From the NCBI GenBank assembly GCA_963760795.1, contig CAVXEP010000035.1:1-64000 (forward strand): a DNA stretch of 64,000 nt, written 5' to 3'. Position 1 is the first letter of the stretch, and the number at the start of each line of letters is the position of its first letter. The notes beneath the pieces are model-generated. The model ran no database searches, was not told where the DNA came from, and was given only the letters and a program-made list of their open reading frames with translations. Source of the DNA: an uncultured delta proteobacterium. Its GTDB lineage: Bacteria > Desulfobacterota > Binatia > UBA9968. Below, piece by piece: positions 40,218-51,656 of the stretch. A program made the position numbers and the translations under genes.

Positions 40218-43200
40218 TTACGGCAGCGCCAGTGTGATTTTTCCAAAGATAGTCCGGTTCGGTTGTATGCGCGAGTTGTTTAAGTCTCGTTCATAGTAGT
40301 TGAATTTTTGGTCCAATAGATTGGTCGCTCCAACCGTGATAAACCCGTATCGTTTCGGCAAGCGGTAATTGATCCCCAGATCCACCAGAAAAAAATTATC
40401 ATTACCGGAGCGCGTGTCCGGCAATTTGATGCTTTGATTGTAGTAGGTCCCGGTCAGGAAGGCGCTCAAGCCCGAAGGGTGGAAGAAACTGATCCCCGAG
40501 GGCACACTGTGGGTCGTGAGCTGCCTCGGTTCGCCAATCGTCCCTTCGGTTCGATATTGGTCGAACATGTATTCGGTTCGGAGCGCGACCGATGGATGGG
40601 GCGTCCAAAACAGATAGGTTCGGCTCAGGTACTCCTCCATGTCCTCTTTTACTGTTGTATTCGTCGGTCCTATCGCCGGCGTCTTCAAATCCCTTTTGGA
40701 AAATTCTACGCCTCCGAACAACTCTTTGGTGAACTTTTGATCGACAGCCGCGCCGTAGCGCCACGCTTCGGCACCATTGAAATCATCATAAAATTGGTTA
40801 AAACCGGCGACCTGAGTCGGCTCGACGGTCGCATTGGTAACCAGAGTTCTTTTCAAGGTCCTGAACGCGGCAGCTCGCAGCGTGGTGTTGGGAACCGGAT
40901 TCCACGTCACGCCGAATTTTGGATTGGCCTGGCTGATGCTCTCGGTATCCGGACTTTCGCCCCTGGTAAAATCCCCACTGACGCCAAGAGTAAACGTCAC
41001 ATTCTTCAGGAAATTCAGATAGGAATACGCGTAAATATTGGTGTGTTTGAGATCCAAACTTTGGCGGTCGTGGATTACCAGAAGCGGGGGTATGTCTATG
41101 CCAAAGTCACGAGTGAGGTATCCATGAATATTGAAGTGGCCGACACCGGTCGTGAGGTTAAACCAGCTCGAACGAAACAAATGTTGAAGCTCGGCGCTGA
41201 CAGCGTTTTCCGGTCTTTTAACGTCGATAAAATCATTGGGGAAACCAACGATATTATTATCCTGCAATTTAACATCTGCATGCTGATAGGTCAGTGAGCC
41301 AATGACAATGGAATCCGGCGAAAAGCTATGGCGCGCGCCAAAGCGCCCGGTGTGCCGTTCTTCGGTGTTTTTCTCGCCGGGAAAGAAGTCCTGGGAGAAG
41401 AATCTCTGTAAAATGTCGCCTCTTTCATTATTTCTGTAGCGATATTCCGCTTGAATGCTGGTTTGTGGCGAGATCTCCAGTTGCGCAAAGGCGTTGCCGA
41501 TGTCGTCGTTCTGGCCGGCATTTTTGCGAAACCCGTCGGTCTGATAGTGAAAGCCGCCAAGGCTGTACGATAATTTTTTGTAGATGCCGGCGAGCACCCC
41601 TTCGCCACCGTAGGTGCTGTTTTCACCCGCGAGGGCGCTGGTTTGAAAGGTCAGGCCGTTGCGGTTGAAAATCGGATTGAACTCGTTAAATGAGAGCGCT
41701 CCAGGACCTCCGGCGCTGACCAGGAAGAGGTTGCTCTCGGAAAGCCGGGGCTGGATGGGTGTCATGTTGAGCGGCTGCAGCAATTGCGACTGCAGCAGTT
41801 CGCTGACCCTGGCGATCTCGTGGCGTGGCAAAATGGAATAAGAATCGGCGAGAAATCTGTGCGCGGAAAAATTCGACGGATCGGTATTGACCGATTTCCA
41901 CCCTTCCACCAGGGCAAGCTGCTGGAAACCCAGATCGCTATAGATTCGCGCTTGGCTGGCGCTGCGCGCGGCCAGATCGGAATCGAGCTGCAATTGCGAG
42001 CGATAGACCGCGCGGTTGTCATTGAGCTCGATGGCTTTTTCCATCGACTGCAACGCTTCCACCGGACGGTTGGTGGTCTGTTTCTGGATGGCGTCGTAGA
42101 AGTAGGGAGTCGGGTCCTTGGGGTCGAGTTCTTTCGCGGTGGCGTAATCACGTTCCGCTAGATCCGAGCGCTTTTCTTCGTAATAGGCTTTGCCCAAGTA
42201 GCTCCGGACGATAGAGTTATTCGCGTCCAGGCTTGCGGCGATCTCCAGCTCTTTTCTGCCGTCAACTAGATCGCCGTCGCGAATCTTCCCCAGACCTAGA
42301 CCGAGTCTCGACAGCGCATCGGCTTGATCGAGTTCGATGGCTTTTTCGAAAGCTTTTTTCGCTTCGACCGTGTCGACCCGCGTTAGGTAGGCGAAGCCGA
42401 GGACCATCTGCGTCCTGGACAGATTGGGATTCAGCGCGACCGCTTTCTGCGCAGCCTCAAGCGCGTCATCCAGGTCGGCGAACGACAGATGAATCTCAGC
42501 CAGCCTGGCCCAGGCCAGCGCGTTGCTCGGTTCGGCTTGCACGGCTTGCTGTAAACTTTTGCGTGCGCCTTCGAGATCGAAGTTCGCCTGCTGGGCGTAG
42601 GATAGGGCAGTGAGAGCGGCGGCGGATTTTGGATTGGCGGCGACGGCTTTCTGGGCGATACCGAGAGCCTTCTCTTTGTCGTTTTGCACGACGGCCACAA
42701 TCGACTGCAGCGCCAGAGCGTCACTGTAATTGGCATTTAATTTGAGCGCGCGCTCGAGATCGGGTCCGGCCTCGTCGACACGCCCGACGGCGAGTAATAA
42801 TGATGCGCGATAGGCGAAGAAGCGCGGCTCGGTTATGTCTGCCGGAGCGCCCTTGAGGGCGTCGAAGGCGCGTTGGTAGTCGCCCTTCAGGTAAGCCTCG
42901 ACCGAGTTTCGCGCCATGCCCTGCCAGGGTTGTGCGCCCTGAAAATCTTCCGGCCGGAAATAGGCCACCGGGGGATAGTAGAGCGCCCACTGGACGGCAT
43001 CGCGAGGACGCACCACGGTGCGCAATACCGGCGCCTGCCCCTGCACGGCGACCGCCGATTGGCCGCTGGCGATTGGCAGGCTGCCCGCCGCGTTGGCGGC
43101 CAAGACCCTGCCTTCGAAGATCGTGATCAAGGTTCTGTCCGCCTCGACTTGCACCAGGCCTTCAGTTCCTTCCACGCCGGCGTTCACGAAGGCGGTGTTC

Positions 43201-43590
43201 ACTTCTAAGTTGCGCGGCAAACGGCTGAAGAAATGCAAAGCACCGCGGGCAAGATCGATGATCGAGGCGCGTTCATCTTTCAACCCCACCAGGGTAATGA
43301 TCGTATTCTGATCGAGACGAAGCACCGGTTGATTGACCAAGGCGATGTCCGCGCGGCTTCTATCGCCGACCTGGATGCGATCCCCGGCGCAATAAGCTGT
43401 CGTTTAAGCGGGCCGGCTGTGATTGAGTTTGGCCGGCTCTGCGGACCTCGACAGTGCCCTGGACGGAGACCATCTTGGCGACCCCTGGATCGCAAACGGT
43501 CGCTGCGAAGGAAGACGGTGGGGAGAATAATGTGACCGCGCTAGCGGACCAGGCTAGCAAGACTAACATTGATCTTACTATTACCTTCAC
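40218..43590 (-). CDS. FecR-domain + TPR + beta-barrel outer-membrane receptor (NsrA-like), frameshifted near 43390
   Basis: FecR-like N-terminus (VSVQGTVEV, LRLDQNT, AGVEGTE), many TPR repeats, amphipathic C-terminal barrel strands. Confidence 0.82.
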
Positions 43591-43928
43591 AATGCACCTT
43601 CTAATCATCAAAGATCTAACCGGGAATAAACTCGGCACCCCTTAAATCGCCTTTGCAAACCCATGTCAAGCACTTTCTTAGCGCTGTACGACCAGGTATT
43701 CGGAGCGACCGATCGACGCCGAGTCAGCAAGATTTCTTCGAATGAGTTCGCCGCGGAATGTTCCCAAGTCATTCCAGGAGGAAAACGCAGAGCATCGATC
43801 GTGCCAATGCGCGGAATCCCAATCCCCAGCTAACTAGCGCTGTACGCAGGAAATCGCTCCGTTAGATCTCCCGATGGGAAGTTCGACAGTAAACTTTTGC
43901 ATACATAGTGTTAACAAGTTTACACAGC

Positions 43929-46187
43929 TTACTTCTCATCGAGCCTTATTACGCCGTCCCAAGTTTCCCCGGGCGGACGCGATTTGTACTCGTCACAAAG
44001 CTTTAGATAGAAATGGGCCGGTCCGTCGGTGTCGCGGATTTCAATGGCGCGAGCGAATTTCTCTTTCGCTTCGTCCCATGCTTGCCGCCTGAATGCGTCG
44101 AGGCCTTGGGCAAACAACTCGCAGGTTTGTTTGTGTTTCTCGCCGGACTCTTCAAGGCTGCCCAACAGTTCATGCACGACTATAGGCAGTGCCTTACCTT
44201 TAAGCATGAAGGTGCCCACTTCCCGGGCAGCCATACCATCGAGATCGGCTATAGCTTCACCAGACACCAGCACCTCGGTTCCCAGATACTTATTTAGACC
44301 GTCCATCCGCGATGCCGTGTTGACGGTATCTCCCGTGGGGCCATACTCGTAATGATCGCCGGCGCCGATATTGCCGATAAAAATCTCGCCTGAGTGCACG
44401 CCGACGCGAGTGGGCAGATCGAGATTCGCCACCGTGCCGTTGAAACGATGCACCGCCTTGGCGACGTCGACTGCCGCCGAACAGGCCTGGCGGCGTAAGC
44501 GATCGTCCGGTCCTGCCGCCTTCCAGATCGCCAAGAAGGAGTCCCCCTTTAGGTTTACGACCATGCCGCCATGTCGTTTTACCGGCTCAAACGTTGCTTC
44601 GAAATACTCGTGCATGAGGTCGCTCAGTTGCTGCGGCGTCAATTTTTCCGACAAAGTAGTGTAGCCTGCAACGTCGGCAAAGAGGCAGGCGCCGTAAACC
44701 ATCGAGCCACTGTTCTTGATATCGACCATATTTTTCGCTAGCTGATCGACCACTTCGTCGGGCACATAGTAGGCAAGCGCTTTTCTGATCTGCTGGCGCT
44801 CTTTATTGGTCTCGGCATAGCTCCACAAGACCGCGCCGGCAATTGCCAATGGACTTTGAGCGAATAGCGGGATGACGATGGGATACCAGGTGCCGTCCAC
44901 CGCGAAGTGATATTCAGCGCCAAGCAGGTAAAGCGCGCTCATGCCGGTAACAGTCGCCGCCCCGACGATCATCGAGGTGACACGACAAATGATGCCGGTG
45001 AGCAAACCCCAGAGTGGAATCAACAAGAGATAAGCGAAAGTGCCGAGCGGTTTTACCGGTATATCTTCGAGCAGGTTGAGAAATGCGGTAGCGGCGATTT
45101 CGACGCCGCCGATAAAAACTCCGTTGGCTTGCGAGAACACGGTATAAAAACTGTCTTTGCGCTCAGCGAGGATTCTTTCCGAGAGTCCGACGAAGACGGC
45201 TTTGCCTTTGAGATCGACGGCTTTTGGATCGCTTGTCGCCTCGCCGATCTGCAGCGCGCGATAATAGGGAATGGTGGTCACGGTTCGCGGCGGGCCGTAG
45301 TAATTCACGTAGCGGCGATTGGAGCCGCCGTAGAGGTCGATGTGAAGCGTTAGCAGTCGCCTGCGATGCTCATCGAACCGCAGTTGAGATGATCGCTCCA
45401 GCTCCGCAACCATTCTCGACCGGATTGATGGGTCGGTTTCAAAGATTTCCCTGATATCCCGCATTAGCACTACGATGCCTTTTTTTTGGATGATCGGATC
45501 GACATCGCGCGGCAGTTTGGCGGCGTGATGGGGGCTGACTTTCCCTAATAACTCGACGAAGTCTTGGTAAACATCGACGAGGTAAAGTTGGAATGCGACC
45601 ACGGGAAAAGTCGGCGCATCGCCGGTACTGGGTTGGAAGGTCCAGTACTTGTTTACCTTGAACGGGATCCTCGGCAGCACGAACGGTACGGTGGCCAGAG
45701 CTGAGTCCGCCAGCGGAGCGTAGGGTTTGATTATTTTCACGATGCTATGTTCCGGCGAGTCAGAGCCGGCCATATTGGACGTGGAAACCTCTTTGGCGCT
45801 GAGGGCGTCGCCAAGCACGACATTGCCCGCTTGTTTCAATGCGGCGGCGAACGCGTTGTCGTCTTTCTCGACGCGGGCTTCGATAAAATGCACGTCGAAG
45901 GTCACCACCGAAGCGCCGGCTTTCGACAACACTTCGACGAGCCGGGCGTGCAGCGAGCGCGGCCACTTGTCCGGGTTTTCAGGGATTTTGAGCTGGTCGG
46001 CGGAGTCCTTGTCTATGCTTATGACGACCGCATCGGCCGGTGCCCGCCTTGGGCCGCGCAGCTTAAATAGCAATCCCAGGCCGGTGTCTTCCTCGAGCTC
46101 GTGGGTAAATTGAAAAAAACTCAGAACCAACCCGGTGGCAGCGACCAATAGTCCGAGCAGTAATGGTTTTAGAATTCGCGACAACAT
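43929..46187 (-). CDS. CHASE2-domain class III adenylate/guanylate cyclase
   Basis: WPRSLHARL (CHASE2), 3 TM segments, FADVAGYT, GDSF, GVHSG, GDTVNTASR. Confidence 0.92.
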   Translation of the reverse strand: MLSRILKPLLLGLLVAATGLVLSFFQFTHELEEDTGLGLLFKLRGPRRAPADAVVISIDKDSADQLKIPENPDKWPRSLHARLVEVLSKAGASVVTFDVHFIEARVEKDDNAFAAALKQAGNVVLGDALSAKEVSTSNMAGSDSPEHSIVKIIKPYAPLADSALATVPFVLPRIPFKVNKYWTFQPSTGDAPTFPVVAFQLYLVDVYQDFVELLGKVSPHHAAKLPRDVDPIIQKKGIVVLMRDIREIFETDPSIRSRMVAELERSSQLRFDEHRRRLLTLHIDLYGGSNRRYVNYYGPPRTVTTIPYYRALQIGEATSDPKAVDLKGKAVFVGLSERILAERKDSFYTVFSQANGVFIGGVEIAATAFLNLLEDIPVKPLGTFAYLLLIPLWGLLTGIICRVTSMIVGAATVTGMSALYLLGAEYHFAVDGTWYPIVIPLFAQSPLAIAGAVLWSYAETNKERQQIRKALAYYVPDEVVDQLAKNMVDIKNSGSMVYGACLFADVAGYTTLSEKLTPQQLSDLMHEYFEATFEPVKRHGGMVVNLKGDSFLAIWKAAGPDDRLRRQACSAAVDVAKAVHRFNGTVANLDLPTRVGVHSGEIFIGNIGAGDHYEYGPTGDTVNTASRMDGLNKYLGTEVLVSGEAIADLDGMAAREVGTFMLKGKALPIVVHELLGSLEESGEKHKQTCELFAQGLDAFRRQAWDEAKEKFARAIEIRDTDGPAHFYLKLCDEYKSRPPGETWDGVIRLDEK

Positions 46188-46463
46188 CGATAACACTACT
46201 TTTCCGAACACCGGACAAACAGATGCGAGGAACTCATTTGAGCGGCCGATCTTTTCTCAACTCTTGTTGTGCGTCCAAGAGTAAGCGATTGTCGAAGATC
46301 GTCTACAGCAATGTAGTGAAAATGTCGACTACTTTGCGGATCGCGACGGATTCAACCGGATTTATGCAGGGGCAATTCCCCGTGGTTGCCCATTCCGATT
46401 TTGTGGTCGCAGCATCGGCAGGGCAGGTAGGGGAGCGTGTCCCTGCGGGATCGTTGCGGAGGA

Positions 46464-47885
46464 TTATTTCAGTCCCAGCTTCGGCGCCCATTTTTCCCAG
46501 ATTTCCTCGCGTTTGTCGGCGCTGAATTTGTTCGCCACGGCGAACTGGTCGCGCCAGTGAAACGGTTTGCAGGCATCAATAAGCATGCGGCCCATGGTGA
46601 AATCGCCGCGCTCGCGTTTTTCCGGTGCCAGGCGCGGGTCGAGGTCGGAGGTCCAGGATTTCAATACCTGCACCGACTCGGCCGGGTCGACGCGGGTGCA
46701 CATGGCCCAGATGACTTGCTTCAAATCCACCGGATCGATGTCGTCGTCGACGGCGATGTAATAGCGGTACATGCTAGCGCCGGTCATCATGCCGGCGACG
46801 GCGGTGAGCGCTTGCAGGGCTTGGCCGGCGAAGCGTTGTTTGAGTGAGACGACGACCATGAGCGTGTGGCAATGACACCAGACGCCCTGCACGTCCGACA
46901 CGCCCGACTGTTCCAAATGATCCCAAATGCGCGCCGCGAATAGCGGGATACCGTAGCGTTCGGTGATCGGCAGCAGTGGCGGATTGCCGAGCAGGATCGG
47001 ATCGTTGCGGTACATGATTCTTTTCACCCGCACGACGCACTCTTCGCCGCTGTGAGTGTAGTAGCCGGGCCATTCGCCAAAGGGACCTTCGCTGTGGGTT
47101 TCTTCTTCCGGCGGCGGCATTTCACCTTCGACGACGATCTCCGAGGTTGCCGGCACGGGGAGTCCGGTGTAGGGCGCGCGAATCACTTCGAGCGGCGCGC
47201 CGCGCAGGGCACCGGCGTATTCATATTCGCTAACCCCCGCTTTCGCCGCCGACGGCGCGGCCATCCAGGTCGCCGGCTCGCAGCCGAGCACGATAGCGAC
47301 TGGGCAAGGTTTGCCCGCCTGCCAGTATTTGCGGGCGATCTGCTTGCCGTGCTTTTGCTCAATGATCCAGAGCGTCAAACGGTCTTTGCCGACAATGCAG
47401 GAGCGATAGGTGCCGACGTTGATCCAGCCGCTGTCAGGGTCTTTCACCACCACCATGTCGCCGGTGCCGATGTAGCGGCCACCGTCATGCTCGTGCCACT
47501 TGGGCGTCGGGAAAATTCCCAAGTCGACTTTGTCACCTTCGAGAATATTTTCCAGGATCGGTCCAGTGGCGACTTCTATTGGTGCGAAAGGTTTCAGATC
47601 ACGAATCTTGTTGCGCCAGGTGCGGAGAATTTCCAGTTTCGGCGCATCGGTGGGCAGGCCAAGAGCGAGGGCGAAACGGCGCGCCGTGGCGAGCACGTTG
47701 GCGGCGATGCGAAAGCCCTTGGGATATCCGGGAACGTTGTCGAATAGCAACAGCGGGCCTTCCTGCTCGGCCATCAGCTCGGTCAAGCAGCCGATTTCGA
47801 GATTCCAATCGGCGCCGTCGATTTGTTTAAGTTCGCCGATGCGGGCGGTGCCGTCGATGAAAGTGCGTAGATCGCTAAATGGCAT
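46464..47885 (-). CDS. UbiD-family (de)carboxylase (paralog of 33233)
   Basis: DGGRYIGT, NVGTYR and EGPFGEWPGYY motifs. Confidence 0.93.
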   Translation of the reverse strand: MPFSDLRTFIDGTARIGELKQIDGADWNLEIGCLTELMAEQEGPLLLFDNVPGYPKGFRIAANVLATARRFALALGLPTDAPKLEILRTWRNKIRDLKPFAPIEVATGPILENILEGDKVDLGIFPTPKWHEHDGGRYIGTGDMVVVKDPDSGWINVGTYRSCIVGKDRLTLWIIEQKHGKQIARKYWQAGKPCPVAIVLGCEPATWMAAPSAAKAGVSEYEYAGALRGAPLEVIRAPYTGLPVPATSEIVVEGEMPPPEEETHSEGPFGEWPGYYTHSGEECVVRVKRIMYRNDPILLGNPPLLPITERYGIPLFAARIWDHLEQSGVSDVQGVWCHCHTLMVVVSLKQRFAGQALQALTAVAGMMTGASMYRYYIAVDDDIDPVDLKQVIWAMCTRVDPAESVQVLKSWTSDLDPRLAPEKRERGDFTMGRMLIDACKPFHWRDQFAVANKFSADKREEIWEKWAPKLGLK

Positions 47886-47924
47886 GAATCCTCGCTTCGC
47901 TCGGAAATGCGCATTCGCCTTTGG

Positions 47925-48668
47925 CTAATGCGTAGCGGCGTAGCAGCCGTCCATGAACATTTTGTTCAAGTCAGCCGGGGTTACGGCGCAGTACTCTGCT
48001 GAGTAGCCGGGGCGTTCGTTAATGCCTTCCTGGAGCAGGCGGACCAGCACATGCTGGGTCACCGCGCCATGGGCCATGCGGTCGAGATGGTCCATGGTGT
48101 CGGCTTCGTGATGCTTGGAGAAATAACTTGCCTCCGCGGTAGTCAAGCCGTAGTACCTGGTCAGCGATTTGAAAAAGTCCAAGCAAGATTCGCCAAAAGG
48201 ATGTTCCCATAAGACCGAGAACCAATACTCTTGAATCTGCCCGTCGTTGATCAGCGTGCGGTGAAAGTCCGGCAGGGCGCGGCATTGCGGCAACATGGGT
48301 GCGAGCAAGACTTCTTCTTTCGTCAATCCGAGTGCGGCGCCGGTGCTCATCAGGATCTGAATATGGCCCGGAGGCGAGGGATGGCCGAACTCGTCGAGAA
48401 CCTTCTGGGTGTAGACTTCCATCAGGTCGACGTTTTTGACGAAGAACCACAGGTGTTTGTAAAACGCCGCGGTATAGACCGAGTTGATCACCGGCACGAA
48501 GGCGCCCCAGTTTTTGTAAAACAGCTGGATGGTTTCTTTTTTAAGCTTGCCTTCTTTTAGTTCATCCATGAATTTCGTTTTGTCGACCGTCTGTTTCCAG
48601 CGCTTGTCGCACTTGGCCGCCAGCTCGGCGACGTATTCCTTGGCCTGGCTTTCGGTCATCTTGAGCAT
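47925..48668 (-). CDS. Heme-oxygenase-like putative diiron protein, subfamily B (paralog of 34759)
   Basis: KNWG, DEFGHPSPPGH, LWEH and YFSKHHEADTMDHLDRMAH motifs. Confidence 0.75.
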   Translation of the reverse strand: MLKMTESQAKEYVAELAAKCDKRWKQTVDKTKFMDELKEGKLKKETIQLFYKNWGAFVPVINSVYTAAFYKHLWFFVKNVDLMEVYTQKVLDEFGHPSPPGHIQILMSTGAALGLTKEEVLLAPMLPQCRALPDFHRTLINDGQIQEYWFSVLWEHPFGESCLDFFKSLTRYYGLTTAEASYFSKHHEADTMDHLDRMAHGAVTQHVLVRLLQEGINERPGYSAEYCAVTPADLNKMFMDGCYAATH

Positions 48669-48811
48669 TGCCTATTCCTCCCAGTCGATTCCGCGGTTAG
48701 ACCTCATTTGCATATGGCAGGGTCGACGGGCTGTCAAGCCGAATGCGGCTTGCTCAAGCCAAGAACAGTAGGATAGAGTGAGAAAAGTTGAAACCACGGA
48801 AAGGGGAACTT

Positions 48812-49177
48812 ATGGAATTCTTAAATCTGCAAGAAGAGATGGCCAAGGGACAACGCAAGATCGATCTCTACGGCACGGATAACTTCCGGTCGTGGCTACT
48901 CTATTTCGTTCCCGGCGATGGAACGGATATGCACTATCACGCCAGTCCGGAAACCTTTTTGGTTTTCTCCGGCAACGGAGTGGTCAAAGGTCTCAAGGGC
49001 GAGGAGAAGCCGATCAAGCAGCACGACGTCCTCTGTCTTGCCGCCAAGGATTACTATCAGATTGTGAATACCGGAACCGAGCCTTTGGTGCTGTTCGGCA
49101 ACCGCTCCGAGGCCTTCGGCGGCGCGCATATCCTGGCCGACGGCAAGGATCGCAGCAAGATGCAGCAGGGTGCGTGA
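48812..49177 (+). CDS. Cupin-domain protein
   Basis: PGDGTDMHYHASPETFLVFSG and NTGTEPL motifs. Confidence 0.82.
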   Translation: MEFLNLQEEMAKGQRKIDLYGTDNFRSWLLYFVPGDGTDMHYHASPETFLVFSGNGVVKGLKGEEKPIKQHDVLCLAAKDYYQIVNTGTEPLVLFGNRSEAFGGAHILADGKDRSKMQQGA

Positions 49178-49211
49178 TCGGCGCGCTAGTGAGCAGCCGT
49201 TGGACCGCGAA

Positions 49212-49240
49212 TTGACTTCGGACAGGGTAGTGGTTAATTT
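49212..49240 (+). promoter_or_regulatory. Putative sigma70 promoter of the FmdB-like gene
   Basis: TTGACT, 17 bp spacer, TAATTT. Confidence 0.4.
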
Positions 49241-49271
49241 ACCTGGCAGTTTCGCAAGTTGAGGATTTTTC

Positions 49272-49649
49272 ATGCCTATCTATGAGTATAGCTGTCAGAA
49301 ATGCGGTGTGGTCGAGGTCACCCAAAGGATCACAGAAAAGGCCCTGGCCAAGTGTCCGACCTGCAAGAGCAGGGTCAAAAAGCTGATTTCCAACACCTCG
49401 TTTCAATTGAAGGGTACCGGCTGGTACGTCACCGACTATGCTCGCAAAGGGCAAAACGGCGAGTCGAAAAGCGATAACGGTTCGAAGTCCTCGTCGTCAT
49501 CCGATTCAAAGAGTGACTCAAAGAGTGATTTAAAGAATGATTCAAAGAGTGAATCAAAGAATGAATCGAAGAGCGAAACCAAAAAGAGCGAGAGTTCTTC
49601 GACCGGCAGCGAAAAATCGTCATCGACCACCAGCACGGCTTCGACCTAG
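49272..49649 (+). CDS. FmdB-family zinc-ribbon protein with a Ser/Lys low-complexity tail
   Basis: [11 protein letters not shown]...CPTC and [13 protein letters not shown]; 12-bp tandem repeat at about 49503-49574. Confidence 0.9.
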   Translation: MPIYEYSCQKCGVVEVTQRITEKALAKCPTCKSRVKKLISNTSFQLKGTGWYVTDYARKGQNGESKSDNGSKSSSSSDSKSDSKSDLKNDSKSESKNESKSETKKSESSSTGSEKSSSTTSTAST

Positions 49650-49815
49650 CCGCGACCCAGATCATCATCGGCTCATTATCAGCGGCGCCTAAGTGGCGCC
49701 GCTGGTCGTTTTGGGCGATGTTAAGTATCGGTTCGGGGGGCTAAATAGGTCTAGATTTAGCGCCGCATTTTCGCTATAGCTGGGGCATAAAGAAACTTGA
49801 AGGAGGTTTTAGACA

Positions 49816-50538
49816 ATGGCACAGACGATTGAGAATATTGTTGATCCCAATGACTCCGGCTTATCATCGGAAATGGTGAAGATCGGCGACTTGAACGCGT
49901 ATGTTTCGCGGCCCAAGGACGGCAAGAATTTGGGCACAGTCATCGTGATTCACGAAAACCGTGGTTTGGTCGGGCATATTAAGGACGTCACCCGCCGGTT
50001 TGCCAAGGATGGCTTCGCGGCGATCGGGGTTGACCTGATGAGCCGCATCGGCGGCAGCGACAAGTGGAATGGCAGCGACGAGGCGACCAAGGAAATCGGC
50101 AAAATAACCGGCGCGATGGCGGTTGAAGATTTGACCTCGGCGGTCGCTTATATGAAGAAACAAAGCTACGTCAACGGTAAAGTCGGCGTGGTCGGCTACT
50201 GCTGGGGTGGCGGCCAGTCGCTCAACTTCGCGACCAAGTGCAAGGATTTGAATGCCGCCGTGGTTTACTACGGCCGCAATCCGGATCCGCTCGATTCCGT
50301 CGCCAATATCCCTTGCCCGGTGATGGGTAACTACGCAGCTGACGACGCCAACATCATGCCCGGTGTCGAGCCTTTGAAAGCGGCACTGGCCAAGGCCGGC
50401 AAGAGCTTTGACTGCAAAGTGTTTGACGGCGCCAAACACGCCTTTAACAACAATACCAATGCCGACCGTTACAACCCCGATGCGGCGAAAGATGCCTGGG
50501 GCAGAACGACGAGTTTTTTCAAAGCTAACTTGTCCTAA
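49816..50538 (+). CDS. Dienelactone hydrolase-family protein
   Basis: IHENRGL, GYCWGG and HAFNN motifs. Confidence 0.92.
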   Translation: MAQTIENIVDPNDSGLSSEMVKIGDLNAYVSRPKDGKNLGTVIVIHENRGLVGHIKDVTRRFAKDGFAAIGVDLMSRIGGSDKWNGSDEATKEIGKITGAMAVEDLTSAVAYMKKQSYVNGKVGVVGYCWGGGQSLNFATKCKDLNAAVVYYGRNPDPLDSVANIPCPVMGNYAADDANIMPGVEPLKAALAKAGKSFDCKVFDGAKHAFNNNTNADRYNPDAAKDAWGRTTSFFKANLS

Positions 50539-50566
50539 TACAAGACAAGCGGGCTGGGTTAACAGC

Positions 50567-50618
50567 AAAAGCGGTATGCGGCTTCCTGATCAGGGGAAGT
50601 CGCATACCGCTTTTTTTT
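50567..50618. terminator. Intrinsic (probably bidirectional) terminator
   Basis: AAAAGCGGTATGCGGCTTCC...GGAAGTCGCATACCGCTTTTTTTT between convergent genes. Confidence 0.85.
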
Positions 50619-50695
50619 GTCAATTGTAATGTGTCGGTTGGGTAAGTCCGGGTGCGACATTATGTCTGCGAGCCGCCGGGAGCGCTTGGTGGAGT

Positions 50696-51016
50696 TTATT
50701 TCTTTTCTTCGAGTTCAGGCCGTCGGCCCACGCCGGTGCGGGCAAGCTCCGGGGTGATGACGTAGGGCTCTTGAAAGGTGTCGCGCCAGATTTGCCGGGT
50801 TAGTTCGGCGTTGCCGCCGGTGACGACGTAGGAAAGCGCGCCGCTGATCGCACCGACGCTGATGACGATCGCTTTGATCGGCAGGAACCACATATTGCCG
50901 GCACTGACGCCGACGGCGACGCCGGCTTTTTCAATGTTGTCCTCGGCGCGTAAGGTTGGCGGCGCCAGGGCAACTAGTGTCAAGGCTATCACGCCCGTTA
51001 GTATGTGGTTTTTCAT
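50696..51016 (-). CDS. Small exported/membrane hypothetical protein
   Basis: Signal peptide and hydrophobic segment; AGAGG RBS. Confidence 0.7.
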   Translation of the reverse strand: MKNHILTGVIALTLVALAPPTLRAEDNIEKAGVAVGVSAGNMWFLPIKAIVISVGAISGALSYVVTGGNAELTRQIWRDTFQEPYVITPELARTGVGRRPELEEKK

Positions 51017-51021
51017 TTCAT

Positions 51022-51474
51022 TTATCCTCTACCGAAAAATCTTTCACGGATGGCGTCGACGCCATGGGTGGGGTTCCAGTAGCGGCGCACGCCGAAATAG
51101 TAGCAGCAAGCTTCGTTATCGAGATCGTTGTTAAAGCAACGTAACTGGCCGTCTTGGAAGCGCACCCGGGCCAGGCACGTGCCGCCGGGTACCGATGAGG
51201 TCATGCACTCCATGACCACGCCGATGCCCCATTCTTCGTAGCGCCGATGATTGACCTCGTCGCCGACTCGCAGGAAAAGACGCTTGCCGTCGTTGAGCGC
51301 GACCCCGTTTTCGCGGCGGCGTTGGAAATGTTTGAGCGTGAGATCGACATTGGGGACGGCGGGCTTAGTCAGTGACGTTGCGCTTGACGCGGGCGATTTG
51401 GCCTGTGGCGCCGTGGCAGTTTGGCCTTTGCGCGGCGCGCCGCGTTTTCTTTGCGGTAACTTGAGTTTGCGCAC
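51022..51474 (-). CDS. Hypothetical protein (SH3-like/DUF3553-like C-terminal domain)
   Basis: GDEVNH..WGIGVV..RVRFQDG..CCYYFG. Confidence 0.6.
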   Translation of the reverse strand: MRKLKLPQRKRGAPRKGQTATAPQAKSPASSATSLTKPAVPNVDLTLKHFQRRRENGVALNDGKRLFLRVGDEVNHRRYEEWGIGVVMECMTSSVPGGTCLARVRFQDGQLRCFNNDLDNEACCYYFGVRRYWNPTHGVDAIRERFFGRG

Positions 51475-51656
51475 AACTGATCCTTCGATTCACAGGCCCT
51501 TTAATTTTCGCCGGCAGCCGGTCGGAATTTCCCTGGACTCATAATCCCAAATATCCGGTTCAATAGTCAAGGTCTACCCGCCCTGGCGAAGATAAATTTA
51601 TTCACCCTGTTAAGTTGGCATAAGGCGCCAGCGGAACTCGTTGTGGTTGGCAACCA

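Noticed and set aside
480-43400. About 15 frameshifted genes as real pseudogenes or programmed frameshifts
   Set aside because: Single-base indels in otherwise intact genes, with no in-frame decay and no shared slippery motif, look like sequencing or consensus error. Read polishing would settle it.
49503-49574. 12-bp tandem repeat as a contingency locus
   Set aside because: It is an in-frame, degenerate low-complexity tail, which is usual for FmdB-family proteins.
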